A stretch of DNA of 64,000 bases from positions 21,604-85,603 of the forward strand of contig JAFWZZ010000014.1 in the NCBI GenBank assembly GCA_017522185.1, in the 5' to 3' direction. How positions within the stretch are numbered: the stretch's first letter is position 1; every line of letters begins with the position of its first letter. A program made the position numbers and the translations under genes. Of the stretch, positions 17,040 through 25,404 are shown one piece after another. This stretch comes from Bacillota bacterium. Its GTDB lineage: Bacteria; Bacillota; Clostridia; Peptostreptococcales; Anaerovoracaceae. The notes below the pieces were generated by a model. The model made no database searches. It saw only the letters and a list, made by a program, of their open reading frames with translations, and was not told where the DNA came from.

Positions 17040-19259
17040 ATGATAGAAGAAAAACAGGGAACTTTAACAGAAATCATATTTCATAACGAAGAAAACGGAT
17101 ACACCATCGCAATCATGGAGACGGAGACCGAGTATTTTACCGTGGTCGGCTGTCTCCCTGCCTGCGCGGCAGGATCCGCTTACAAACTACAGGGAACCTT
17201 CAAAGTGCACCCGACCTATGGCGAGCAGTTTGCTTTCACATCTTTTGAGCAAATGCTGCCGAAAGGCAAGGCTGGCATTGAAGGTTTTTTGGCGTCCGGC
17301 GTCATCAAAGGCGTGGGCCCAAAGATGGCGGCTGCCATTGTCGACGTCTTCGGGGAACAGACCCTGGAAATCATCGAGAAAGAACCGGAAAAACTGACCC
17401 GTGTCGGCGGCATCGGCCCGAAAAAAGCCGAAACCATCGCAGAATCCTTTGCCCTTCACCGGGAATTCGCCAACGTGTCCATGGCTTTTCAGGAGATGGG
17501 CATTTCCGCGGACTACGCCCTGAAGCTGTATAAGATTTATGGGGCAGACGCAGTGGACCTCATCGAGGAGAATCCATACCGCCTGGTGGAGGAAGTCTAC
17601 GGCATTGGTTTCCGCAAGGCCGACGACATCGCGGCCCGCATGGGCATCGAGAAGGACAGCGAGTTTCGCATCAAAAGCGGCATCAAATACGGCCTGTCTT
17701 ACTACAGCGGCGAAGGCAACACCTACATGCCGGAGACTGAGCTCTGCGAGAAAGTGGCAGAGCTGCTGGACGTGCCACGGGACCTGATCCGCGATCATAT
17801 CATCAACCTGGCATTCGAAGGGGACATCATGGTCGACAAGCTGAACGGCCAGACGGTGGTCTACCTCTACGCCTATTATTTCGCCGAGCAGAAGGTGACA
17901 CGCAACCTGTCCAACCTGGCCGGCGCACCGCTCCGCGGCCTGACGCTAGACCCGGATAACATGATCCGCCACACCGAAGACATGACCGGCATCCGGCTGT
18001 CCGACCAGCAGATCGAGGCGGTAAAAAGCTCCCTGACCAGCCCGGTTTCCATCATCACCGGCGGCCCGGGGACAGGAAAAACAACGATTATTAACACGAT
18101 TATCAATATTTTTGAGCAGGACGGCTTCAAAGTCGCCATCGCGGCGCCGACGGGCCGTGCCGCAAAAAGAATTCAGGAAACAAGCGGCCATTATGCGTCC
18201 ACGATTCACCGCCTTCTGGAGTATTATTATGCAGAAGGGGAAGATACGATGCGCTTTGGCAAGACCAGCGAGGATCCGCTGGACTACGACGTGATTGTGG
18301 TGGACGAGGCTTCCATGATCGACCTGCTTTTGATGCAGGGCCTCACCGACGCCATCCGTCCGGGCACCCGCCTCATCATGGTCGGCGACTATGACCAGCT
18401 GCCTTCCGTGGGAGCCGGCAACGTGCTCCGCGACCTCATCGAGAGTGAGTACGTCCACACCTGTATGCTGAAGGAGATTTTCCGTCAGGCAGGGGAAAGC
18501 ATGATCGTCGTCAACGCCCATCGCATCAACAAAGGGGAATACCCGGCGGTCAACGCCAAGGACAAAGACTTTTTCTTCATGGAGCGGGCCTCCGAGAAGC
18601 AGATGACGGACCTGATCACGGAACTGGTCACAAAACGTCTCGCGGCCTACTACGAAGGTATCGTGCCAATCCGGGACATCCAGGTCCTGACGCCGGTGCG
18701 CAAAGGCCCTTTGGGAAGTATGGCGCTCAACGCCCTGTTGCAGGAGGCTTTGAACCCGCCACGGGAAGATCTGACTGAAAAGAAGTTCGGTGAGCGCATC
18801 TTCCGCGAAGGCGACAAGGTCATGCAGATCAAGAACAACTATCAGCTGGGCTGGTGCAGGGCTCGTGACTTTTCTGACGGCCAGGGCATTTTCAACGGCG
18901 ACGTAGGCTTCATCGAAAGCATCGACAAAGATGCCGGCACCATGCTGGTCATCTTTGATGAAGACCGCTACGTGACCTACGATTTCTCCCAGCTGGACGA
19001 ACTGGAGCTGGCCTACGCCGTGACAGTCCACAAGAGCCAGGGTTCCGAGTTCCCAATCGTGGTCATGCCGGTAAGCTGGTTCCCGCCGGTGCTGGCAACC
19101 AGAAACCTGTTATATACAGCCGTGACCCGCGGCAAGCAGGTGGTGGTGCTTGTGGGTTCCGAGAACCGCATGCGTGCCATGGTAGACAACAACCGCATCA
19201 AAATGCGGTACTCCGGACTGAAGTACCGCTTACAAACCCTTATGGAGGTGAATCTGTAA
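17040..19259 (+). CDS. recD2: RecD2-type SF1 ATP-dependent DNA helicase
   Basis: Walker A GGPGTGKTT, the DEASM box and the typical RecD2 N-terminus (EIIFHNEENGYTIA). 739 aa. Confidence 0.9.
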   Translation: MIEEKQGTLTEIIFHNEENGYTIAIMETETEYFTVVGCLPACAAGSAYKLQGTFKVHPTYGEQFAFTSFEQMLPKGKAGIEGFLASGVIKGVGPKMAAAIVDVFGEQTLEIIEKEPEKLTRVGGIGPKKAETIAESFALHREFANVSMAFQEMGISADYALKLYKIYGADAVDLIEENPYRLVEEVYGIGFRKADDIAARMGIEKDSEFRIKSGIKYGLSYYSGEGNTYMPETELCEKVAELLDVPRDLIRDHIINLAFEGDIMVDKLNGQTVVYLYAYYFAEQKVTRNLSNLAGAPLRGLTLDPDNMIRHTEDMTGIRLSDQQIEAVKSSLTSPVSIITGGPGTGKTTIINTIINIFEQDGFKVAIAAPTGRAAKRIQETSGHYASTIHRLLEYYYAEGEDTMRFGKTSEDPLDYDVIVVDEASMIDLLLMQGLTDAIRPGTRLIMVGDYDQLPSVGAGNVLRDLIESEYVHTCMLKEIFRQAGESMIVVNAHRINKGEYPAVNAKDKDFFFMERASEKQMTDLITELVTKRLAAYYEGIVPIRDIQVLTPVRKGPLGSMALNALLQEALNPPREDLTEKKFGERIFREGDKVMQIKNNYQLGWCRARDFSDGQGIFNGDVGFIESIDKDAGTMLVIFDEDRYVTYDFSQLDELELAYAVTVHKSQGSEFPIVVMPVSWFPPVLATRNLLYTAVTRGKQVVVLVGSENRMRAMVDNNRIKMRYSGLKYRLQTLMEVNL

Positions 19260-19260
19260 G

Positions 19261-19938
19261 TTGAAAGAACGCCTGACCCGGCTGGCTGAAGCCGCGCTGG
19301 ATCTATTGTATCCGCCGGCGTTATACTGCAGCTGCTGCGGCAACCTCATCGACGAAAGCCGGGCCTATCATCTTTGCGATCACTGCATCGCCCATTTCAG
19401 GTGGGACGGCGAAGAACCACGGGAAGTCGACGGCATGAAAATGTTGCGCTGCACCCAGTACGGTCTCTACGAAAGGACCCTGATTTTCGATCTGAAGTAC
19501 AACGGGAAGAAATATCTTGCCCGTGACATCGGCGAAATCATGGCAGACCGGCTGGCCCTGGCAGAGCTGGATTTTGATGTCATAGTACCCGTGCCCATGT
19601 ACGAGAGAAAAGAAAGGGAAAGAGGGTTTAATCAGGCGGCACTCATCGGAAAATATCTGGGGAAACGGACGGGCAAACCCTGCTGGGACCACTGTCTGGT
19701 CCGCACCGAGGCCACCCGGCCCATGCGTGGACTTTCACCTACAGAAAGAGAAGAAAATGTAAAAGGAAAGTTTGCACTTTCCGAAAAATATGATACAATG
19801 CTTGAGGGGAAGCGGGTGCTTCTCATCGACGATTTTTATACAACCGGCAGCACGGCGAGAGCCTGTCACGAGGCTTTGCTGTCAGGCACAGGCGGTGCAC
19901 CCGCATCGGTGACATTCCTGGCCTTCGCTGCAAAATAA
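19261..19938 (+). CDS. comFC: ComF family protein (ComFC, phosphoribosyltransferase-like)
   Basis: N-terminal Cys pairs (CSCCG...CDHC) and a PRT motif (VLLIDDFYTTGST). The TTG start is 1 nt after the recD2 stop. Confidence 0.85.
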   Translation: MKERLTRLAEAALDLLYPPALYCSCCGNLIDESRAYHLCDHCIAHFRWDGEEPREVDGMKMLRCTQYGLYERTLIFDLKYNGKKYLARDIGEIMADRLALAELDFDVIVPVPMYERKERERGFNQAALIGKYLGKRTGKPCWDHCLVRTEATRPMRGLSPTEREENVKGKFALSEKYDTMLEGKRVLLIDDFYTTGSTARACHEALLSGTGGAPASVTFLAFAAK

Positions 19939-19981
19939 CCGGTTGGCCCTGCGACCGCAGTGCAAACCAATAAAACTGAAC

Positions 19982-20175
19982 AAAGACGGCATTGCAGTTG
20001 TCTGGGTCTGTGGTTGAAAATCCAAGCCAGTTACGGGCAAAAGGATCCACGTAAGCTGATCCGCAAGGCGGCAGTGATCATGGCGTAGCTTAGAAGTAAG
20101 TCCTCGGGAAAATCCCGGTCAAGGCAAGTGTGGGGGCAAAGACCAGGTCAGCCAGACAACTGCAATGCCGTTTTT
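19982..20175 (+). ncRNA. Structured ncRNA candidate (raiA-motif class suspected from position; 6S-like alternative not excluded)
   Basis: A perfect 20-bp long-range helix pairs 19986-20005 with 20152-20171, and it can be extended imperfectly. It encloses about 145 nt with several internal hairpins (for example CGGGA-AAA-TCCCG). The 3' arm is followed by TTTTT. The element lies immediately downstream of comFC and does not look coding. Confidence 0.5.
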
Positions 20176-20345
20176 CTATGGTTTTGTGATGCGATAGCAA
20201 CACGAAACCATAGCGAGCAAGGCGAGCGTAGAAAAAGGGACAGCGTAGGGACGGAGTCCCGGAGGAACGAGGCTAGAGCCGAGAGTTGCCGTTTTTCTAT
20301 GGTTTTGTGATGCGATAGCAACACGAAACCATAGCGAGCAAGGCG
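20166..20345 (+). repeat. Perfect 59-nt direct repeat (20166-20224 and 20287-20345, period 121 nt), each copy with an internal 9-bp hairpin
   Basis: The two copies were compared base by base. Copy 1 starts inside the 3' arm of the ncRNA candidate. The internal hairpin is CTATGGTTT-N20-AAACCATAG. Confidence 0.85.
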
Positions 20346-20392
20346 GGTAACCGCTTCTACGGCTCCGCGATTACTACTCAGGAGATTTTTCA

Positions 20393-20436
20393 CGGAAAGT
20401 GTATAGTTTTTCCATAAAAAAGTAACACTTTTTCCG
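20393..20436. repeat. Inverted repeat CGGAAAGTGTATAG-N15-GTAACACTTTTTCCG (dispersed motif, cluster C; a further half-site lies at 20482-20497)
   Basis: Read directly. The spacer (TTTTTcCATAAAA) closely resembles that of cluster A. Confidence 0.7.
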
Positions 20437-20607
20437 AAACAGACTTTCTGTAATATACAAACCCTGCAGACCGACCGGATTTCGTATACACTTTTCGAAA
20501 AAAATATCGATATTAGTAATTCCGGGCCGGACTCAGGCGATTCCCAGGCCATACTACAGGCCAAACCCCGGGCCGAACCCGCAAACAACACCCAAGGAGA
20601 AACATTC

Positions 20608-22473
20608 ATGATCCTTTTAACAGCAGAAAACATCAAAAAAAGCTATACAGAAAAGCCGCTTATCACCAACGTGAACCTGTCCATCGATTCCGGCGACAAG
20701 ATCGGACTCATCGGGGTCAACGGTACGGGGAAATCCACCCTGCTGAAGATCATTGCAGGCGCAATGGAAGCGGAAGGCGGCACCATTACCAAATCCAGAG
20801 ATCTGCACATGGCATATCTGCCCCAGAATCCCAAGTACGATCCGGAGAAGACCATCGAAGAGCAGACGGAAGAATACTTAAGAGAGCTGGGCGGCAACAT
20901 CCAGCAGTACGAGTGCAACACCATGCTGACTAAACTTGGCATCTTTGATTTTTATCAGAAGATGGGAGAATTGTCCGGTGGACAGAGAAAGCGCGTTGCC
21001 ATGGCGGCGGTACTGGCATCGGACAGCAATCTTTTAATCCTGGACGAGCCGACCAACCATTTGGACAGTGACATGATTGGCTGGCTGGAAAACTACCTGA
21101 TCAATTTCAAGGGGGCCGTCCTGATGATCACCCACGACCGGTATTTCCTGGACCGCATTGTGAACCGCATCGTGGAAATCGAGAACGGTAAGCTGTACAA
21201 TTACGATGGCAATTACGACTACTATCTGGACACAAAGGCGGCACGCATGGAGATGACCCTGGCCACCGAGCGTAAGCGCCAGGCTATCTACCGCAAGGAG
21301 CTGGCATGGATTCGCCGCGGGGCTCAGGCCCGTACAACCAAGGCAAAAGGCCGCATCCAGCGCTTCCACCAGTTAGAAGAAAGTAAATTGGTAATAGACG
21401 ATACGAAACTGGAGCTGACCACAGCCTCCAGCCGTCTCGGCCGTAAGATTATCGAGATGGAAGGCCTGTCCAAATCCTACGGCGGCCAGACATTCATCCG
21501 GGACTTCAGCTATATCCTGCTCCGCGACGACCGCGTGGGCATCATCGGCGAAAACGGCTGCGGCAAGTCCACCCTGCTGAAGATGATTATGGGGGAAGTG
21601 CAGCCCGACGGCGGTACCATTGAGAAGGGGGACACGGTAAAAATCGGGTACTTCTCACAGGAAAACCAGGTGCTGGAAGAGAAGGAAAGAGTCATCAAAT
21701 TCATCTCCGGCATCGCAGAAAACGTGAAGACCAGCGAGGGCAGTTTTTCGGCGTCACAGATGCTGGAACGTTTCCTGTTTCCGCCCCACATGCACTCCAT
21801 CGAGGTGGGCAGACTGTCCGGCGGTGAGAAGCGCAGGCTCTATCTGCTGAGCATCCTCATGCAGGCACCTAACGTTCTGATCCTGGACGAGCCGACCAAC
21901 GACCTGGACATCGAGACCCTGACCATTCTGGAAGACTACCTGGATGATTTTGCAGGGGCTGTCATCGTGGTTTCCCACGACCGTTACTTCCTGGACCGTG
22001 TGGTGCGCAGAACTTTTGCCTTCGAAGAGGGCGGCAGTATCAGGCATTACAACGGCGGTTACAGCGACTATGCTGCGCGTAGGGCCGAGGAGGAAGCCGA
22101 TGCAAAGGCGGCATCAAAGACCGCATCTTCCGGAGGAAAAACAGGGGAAAACACTTCGGCAGACGGGAAAAACCAGACACAATCTGGTGAAAGAACAGAG
22201 AAACCGAAGAAACTCAAGTTCACATTCAAAGAGGAAAGAGAATACGAAACCATCGAAGACGATATCACAGGTCTGGAGCTGCGCCTGGAAGAAGTGGAGA
22301 ATGCCATGGGAAAATGCGGGGCAGACTTTGTGAAACTAGGGGAACTGGACCGGGAAAAACAGAAACTGGAAGAGACCCTCATGGAGAAAATGGAGCGGTG
22401 GGAATACCTTTCTGACCTGGCGGCCCGTATCGAGGAGCAGAACGAAATTTTCAGAAAACTTCGTAGAAAGTAG
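20608..22473 (+). CDS. ABC-F family ATPase (two ABC domains, no TM; Uup/YfmR-like with a charged coiled-coil C-terminus)
   Basis: Two Walker A motifs (GVNGTGKST, GENGCGKST), two signature motifs (LSGGQRKR, LSGGEKRR) and no hydrophobic segments. Confidence 0.85.
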   Translation: MILLTAENIKKSYTEKPLITNVNLSIDSGDKIGLIGVNGTGKSTLLKIIAGAMEAEGGTITKSRDLHMAYLPQNPKYDPEKTIEEQTEEYLRELGGNIQQYECNTMLTKLGIFDFYQKMGELSGGQRKRVAMAAVLASDSNLLILDEPTNHLDSDMIGWLENYLINFKGAVLMITHDRYFLDRIVNRIVEIENGKLYNYDGNYDYYLDTKAARMEMTLATERKRQAIYRKELAWIRRGAQARTTKAKGRIQRFHQLEESKLVIDDTKLELTTASSRLGRKIIEMEGLSKSYGGQTFIRDFSYILLRDDRVGIIGENGCGKSTLLKMIMGEVQPDGGTIEKGDTVKIGYFSQENQVLEEKERVIKFISGIAENVKTSEGSFSASQMLERFLFPPHMHSIEVGRLSGGEKRRLYLLSILMQAPNVLILDEPTNDLDIETLTILEDYLDDFAGAVIVVSHDRYFLDRVVRRTFAFEEGGSIRHYNGGYSDYAARRAEEEADAKAASKTASSGGKTGENTSADGKNQTQSGERTEKPKKLKFTFKEEREYETIEDDITGLELRLEEVENAMGKCGADFVKLGELDREKQKLEETLMEKMERWEYLSDLAARIEEQNEIFRKLRRK

Positions 22474-22493
22474 TAGGATTTCAAAACAAGATG

Positions 22494-22502
22494 TGGTATA
22501 CT
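22494..22502 (+). promoter_or_regulatory. Candidate extended -10 (TGgTATACT) upstream of hpf
   Basis: The motif lies 58 nt upstream of the ATG at 22560. Confidence 0.35.
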
Positions 22503-22559
22503 CTTTGTAACAAAATTAACTCGTAACTCATGTTATGGGGGTACTAAGGAGGTCATCTT

Positions 22560-23087
22560 ATGAAGATCAATATTACTGGCAAAAACTTTAACACTTATCA
22601 GAAGTTAGAAGACGACATTGAAAAGAAGCTTGATAAGCTGGGTAAGTATTTTTCCGACGATATTTCCGCAAAAGTAGTATTATCTCAGGAGAGAGGCAAG
22701 GATAAGATTGAAATTACAATCAATGCGAAGGGCGCTGTATTCAGAGCTGAAGAAGTTGCACCGGACGTACACGAAGGCATCGACAGAGCTGTAGACAAGC
22801 TGGCAAGTCAGATGGCTAAGTTCAAGGGCAAGCTGCAGAAGAGATACAATGACAACAAGGCATTGAAATTCGAAGTTTTACCTGAAGTAGAAGAAGTAGT
22901 AGAAGAAGTTGAAGTTGTTAAGACCAAGAAGATTCAGTTAGAACCGATGAACATGGAAGAAGCAATCCTGCAGATGGAAATGCTGCAGCACGATTTCTTC
23001 GTATATCTGGATATGGAAACCAACAGCGTCAACGTTGTATATAGCAGAAAGAACGGCGACTACGGCGTAATCGTAACAGAAGAATAA
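22560..23087 (+). CDS. hpf: Ribosome hibernation-promoting factor, long form (RaiA/YvyD family)
   Basis: The N-terminal S30AE-type domain (MKINITGKNF...) and the C-terminal dimerisation region (KPMNMEEAILQMEMLQHDFFVYLD) are typical of long HPF. Confidence 0.9.
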   Translation: MKINITGKNFNTYQKLEDDIEKKLDKLGKYFSDDISAKVVLSQERGKDKIEITINAKGAVFRAEEVAPDVHEGIDRAVDKLASQMAKFKGKLQKRYNDNKALKFEVLPEVEEVVEEVEVVKTKKIQLEPMNMEEAILQMEMLQHDFFVYLDMETNSVNVVYSRKNGDYGVIVTEE

Positions 23088-23101
23088 TAAGAATCCTGAC
23101 A

Positions 23102-23130
23102 GGGGCTGCCCGCAAGGCAGCCCCTTTTTG
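23102..23130 (+). terminator. Rho-independent terminator after hpf
   Basis: GGGGCTGCC-CGCAA-GGCAGCCCC stem followed by TTTTT. Confidence 0.85.
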
Positions 23131-23155
23131 TGTCTCCTTTTATATCCCCAACCCC

Positions 23156-23184
23156 TTGAATTTTTCATGGAATAGGAGTAAAAT
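23156..23184 (+). promoter_or_regulatory. Candidate sigma-A promoter TTGAAT-17-TAAAAT for the cdaA operon
   Basis: Hexamers and spacing were read directly. Confidence 0.4.
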
Positions 23185-23277
23185 AACTACGATTATCAAT
23201 GTACCGTGGTGAGTTGCGGCCTTTTTCAAAAAAGCCGGCGGTCCGCCACAGAAAATTAGCAAAAATGAGGGGGATTT

Positions 23278-24129
23278 ATGGAGAAATTTTTTGACAACAT
23301 TTTGTCGAGTATCGGGCTCAACGATATCCTGGATATCCTGATTGTAGCCTTCATCTTCTACAAGATACTCGAATTCATCAAGGAAACCCGCGCCCAGCAG
23401 CTGATCAAGGGACTGCTGGTATTAGTCGTGGCATTTTTCCTGTCTGACCTGTTCAATCTCTACGCGTTAAACTGGCTGCTCAGGGGGACAATGACAGTAG
23501 GTGCCATCGCACTGGTAGTCGTTTTTCAGCCGGAACTCAGAAGAGCATTGGAATACGTGGGCAGAAGCAAAATCGTAAAAGCACCTTTTGGTCAGCTTGA
23601 CAAGGAAAAGGCAAAGGCCATCACCGACGAGTTCGTCAAGGCGGTCAGCGCCTGCTCCAACACCAAGACCGGCGCTTTGATTATTCTGGAAAGAGAAACC
23701 TCTTTGACGGAAATCGCAGAGTCCGGAACCGAAATCAATGCGGACATCTCCGCACAGCTTCTGATGAACATCTTCTACGAAGGTGCGCCGCTTCACGACG
23801 GTGCGGTTATCATCAGAGGAGATAGGATCTATGCCGCATCCTGCGTACTGCCGCTGACCAACAACAAGGAACTGAATAAGAGTCTGGGAACCAGACACAG
23901 AGCCGGCATCGGGGTCACAGAACATTCCGACGCCATCGCCCTCATCGTCAGCGAAGAAACTGGTATCATTTCCATGGCGGTTGACGGCAAGCTGACAAGA
24001 TTCCTGGACGCAAAGAAAATCGAAAAGACACTGCTGAACCTGTACTTAAGCGAAGAAAAAGACGAAAAGGTCATGATCTTCGGCAGGATTTTTGATAGAA
24101 AGGGGAAGGTGAAAGATGCTGGAAAATAA
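23278..24129 (+). CDS. cdaA: Diadenylate cyclase CdaA (DisA_N domain, membrane-anchored)
   Basis: Three N-terminal TM segments plus DGA(V)II and RHRAGIG motifs. Confidence 0.9.
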   Translation: MEKFFDNILSSIGLNDILDILIVAFIFYKILEFIKETRAQQLIKGLLVLVVAFFLSDLFNLYALNWLLRGTMTVGAIALVVVFQPELRRALEYVGRSKIVKAPFGQLDKEKAKAITDEFVKAVSACSNTKTGALIILERETSLTEIAESGTEINADISAQLLMNIFYEGAPLHDGAVIIRGDRIYAASCVLPLTNNKELNKSLGTRHRAGIGVTEHSDAIALIVSEETGIISMAVDGKLTRFLDAKKIEKTLLNLYLSEEKDEKVMIFGRIFDRKGKVKDAGK

Positions 24130-25396
24130 AAAGCTGAATATGATCATCTCCCTGTTGATTGCCATCGCCCTCTGGGCCTTTGTTATCGGTGAAGTGAATC
24201 CGGAGGCTACCCGCCTTTACCGGGAAGTACCGATTCAGTTCACCAACCAGGAAGCCCTGGAAAACAGCAATATGGCTGTCTACTCCGTCAGCGACCGGAC
24301 CATGAACGTGACGCTCACCGGAACACGAAGCGAAATCAACAAAATCGATATCAAGGATATCTCGGCCACAGTGGACCTGTCCGAAGCAGCTATGGGCGAA
24401 AACCAATTGCGCATCCAGCTGAAGGTATCCAGTAAAGTCGAAATTGAAAGCCAGTCCATCGACAGGGTTACCGTAACCGTCGAAAACAGGGCGGCGAAGG
24501 AAATCCCGGTAGAAATCATCTACGAAGGGGAATTCAACGGTGAAGAGGAACCGATTACTGCAGAACAGAGCCGAAATACGGTTATCGTCTATGGTGCGGA
24601 AACCACAGTCGGTCAGGTTGCTGCAGCAAGAGGCCGCGTAGACGGTGCTTTGGTACAGGCACACTCACAGGAACTGGAATGCAGCCTGTTTGCGGCCAAC
24701 GCGGCAGGACAGCGTGTATATAACGTGACGTTATCACAGGAAAGCATTTTTGTCACCGCAGAACTGGCGAAGCTGAAGACCGTACCGCTCATCGTTCCGA
24801 TTGAAGGCGGCGACGGTGACGGCATCGAGCGCACCGTTACGACGCCGGAAGAAATCATTCTGAAGGGAAGAACCGTAGATTTGGAATCCATCGAATCGAT
24901 AACGACCGAAGAGCTGTTCCTGGACGACGTCTGGTCCAATACCGTGATTCCGCTGGAACCAATCCTGCCGGAAGGTGTGGAGGTATCCGTGGAAAACGAC
25001 AGCCTGGAAGCCGTAGTAGAGGTGGCGAAACGGGGAACAAAGGCTCTGCGCTTTGACCAGTCGAAGATTGAGATGGAAAACCTGGCAGACAGCCTGTCAG
25101 CGGAAATCCAGGACGTAACCATTGATGCAGCCGTTAGCGGCGGTGAGACCCTGCTCAGCGGGATCACCGAAGACAGCGTGAGACTTTTTGTGGACCTTTC
25201 CGGCTTCAAGGTGGGAAAGCACAAGGTAAATCTGCAGGCTGTATGTAACGTGGACGGCACGGCGATCAACGTGACGCCGAAGAAGGTCACCATCCTTATC
25301 AAAAACGACAAAACCGATACGGACCAGCCGGTAGACGGCGGAGACGGTCAGGACAACAAAGATAATAACGACAACAATCACGAAAGTGAAGAATAG
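24116..25396 (+). CDS. cdaR: CdaR (YbbR-domain) regulator of CdaA
   Basis: N-terminal TM segment and repeated YbbR-like beta-rich units. It overlaps cdaA by 14 nt and shows the conserved cdaA-cdaR-glmM synteny. Confidence 0.8.
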   Translation: MLENKKLNMIISLLIAIALWAFVIGEVNPEATRLYREVPIQFTNQEALENSNMAVYSVSDRTMNVTLTGTRSEINKIDIKDISATVDLSEAAMGENQLRIQLKVSSKVEIESQSIDRVTVTVENRAAKEIPVEIIYEGEFNGEEEPITAEQSRNTVIVYGAETTVGQVAAARGRVDGALVQAHSQELECSLFAANAAGQRVYNVTLSQESIFVTAELAKLKTVPLIVPIEGGDGDGIERTVTTPEEIILKGRTVDLESIESITTEELFLDDVWSNTVIPLEPILPEGVEVSVENDSLEAVVEVAKRGTKALRFDQSKIEMENLADSLSAEIQDVTIDAAVSGGETLLSGITEDSVRLFVDLSGFKVGKHKVNLQAVCNVDGTAINVTPKKVTILIKNDKTDTDQPVDGGDGQDNKDNNDNNHESEE

Positions 25397-25404
25397 AGGT
25401 TAAT

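Noticed and set aside
19982-20175. SRP (4.5S/scRNA), tmRNA or RNase P identity for the structured element.
   Set aside because: I could not find the conserved SRP domain-IV-type GGAAGCAGCC-like motif, a tRNA-like end with a tag ORF, or RNase P-like conserved regions. A raiA-motif or 6S-like RNA remains possible and needs cmsearch.
20166-20345. A possible mini-CRISPR array, suggested by the identical 59-nt direct repeats.
   Set aside because: There are only two copies, the repeat is too long, there are no cas genes and there is no regular array.
20128-20636. ORFs 20128..20310 (+, 60 aa) and 20148..20636 (-, 162 aa) in the comFC/ABC-F intergenic region.
   Set aside because: They run through the perfect 59-nt direct repeats and palindromes, and they lack RBSs and any recognisable motif. 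The region looks non-coding and repeat-rich.
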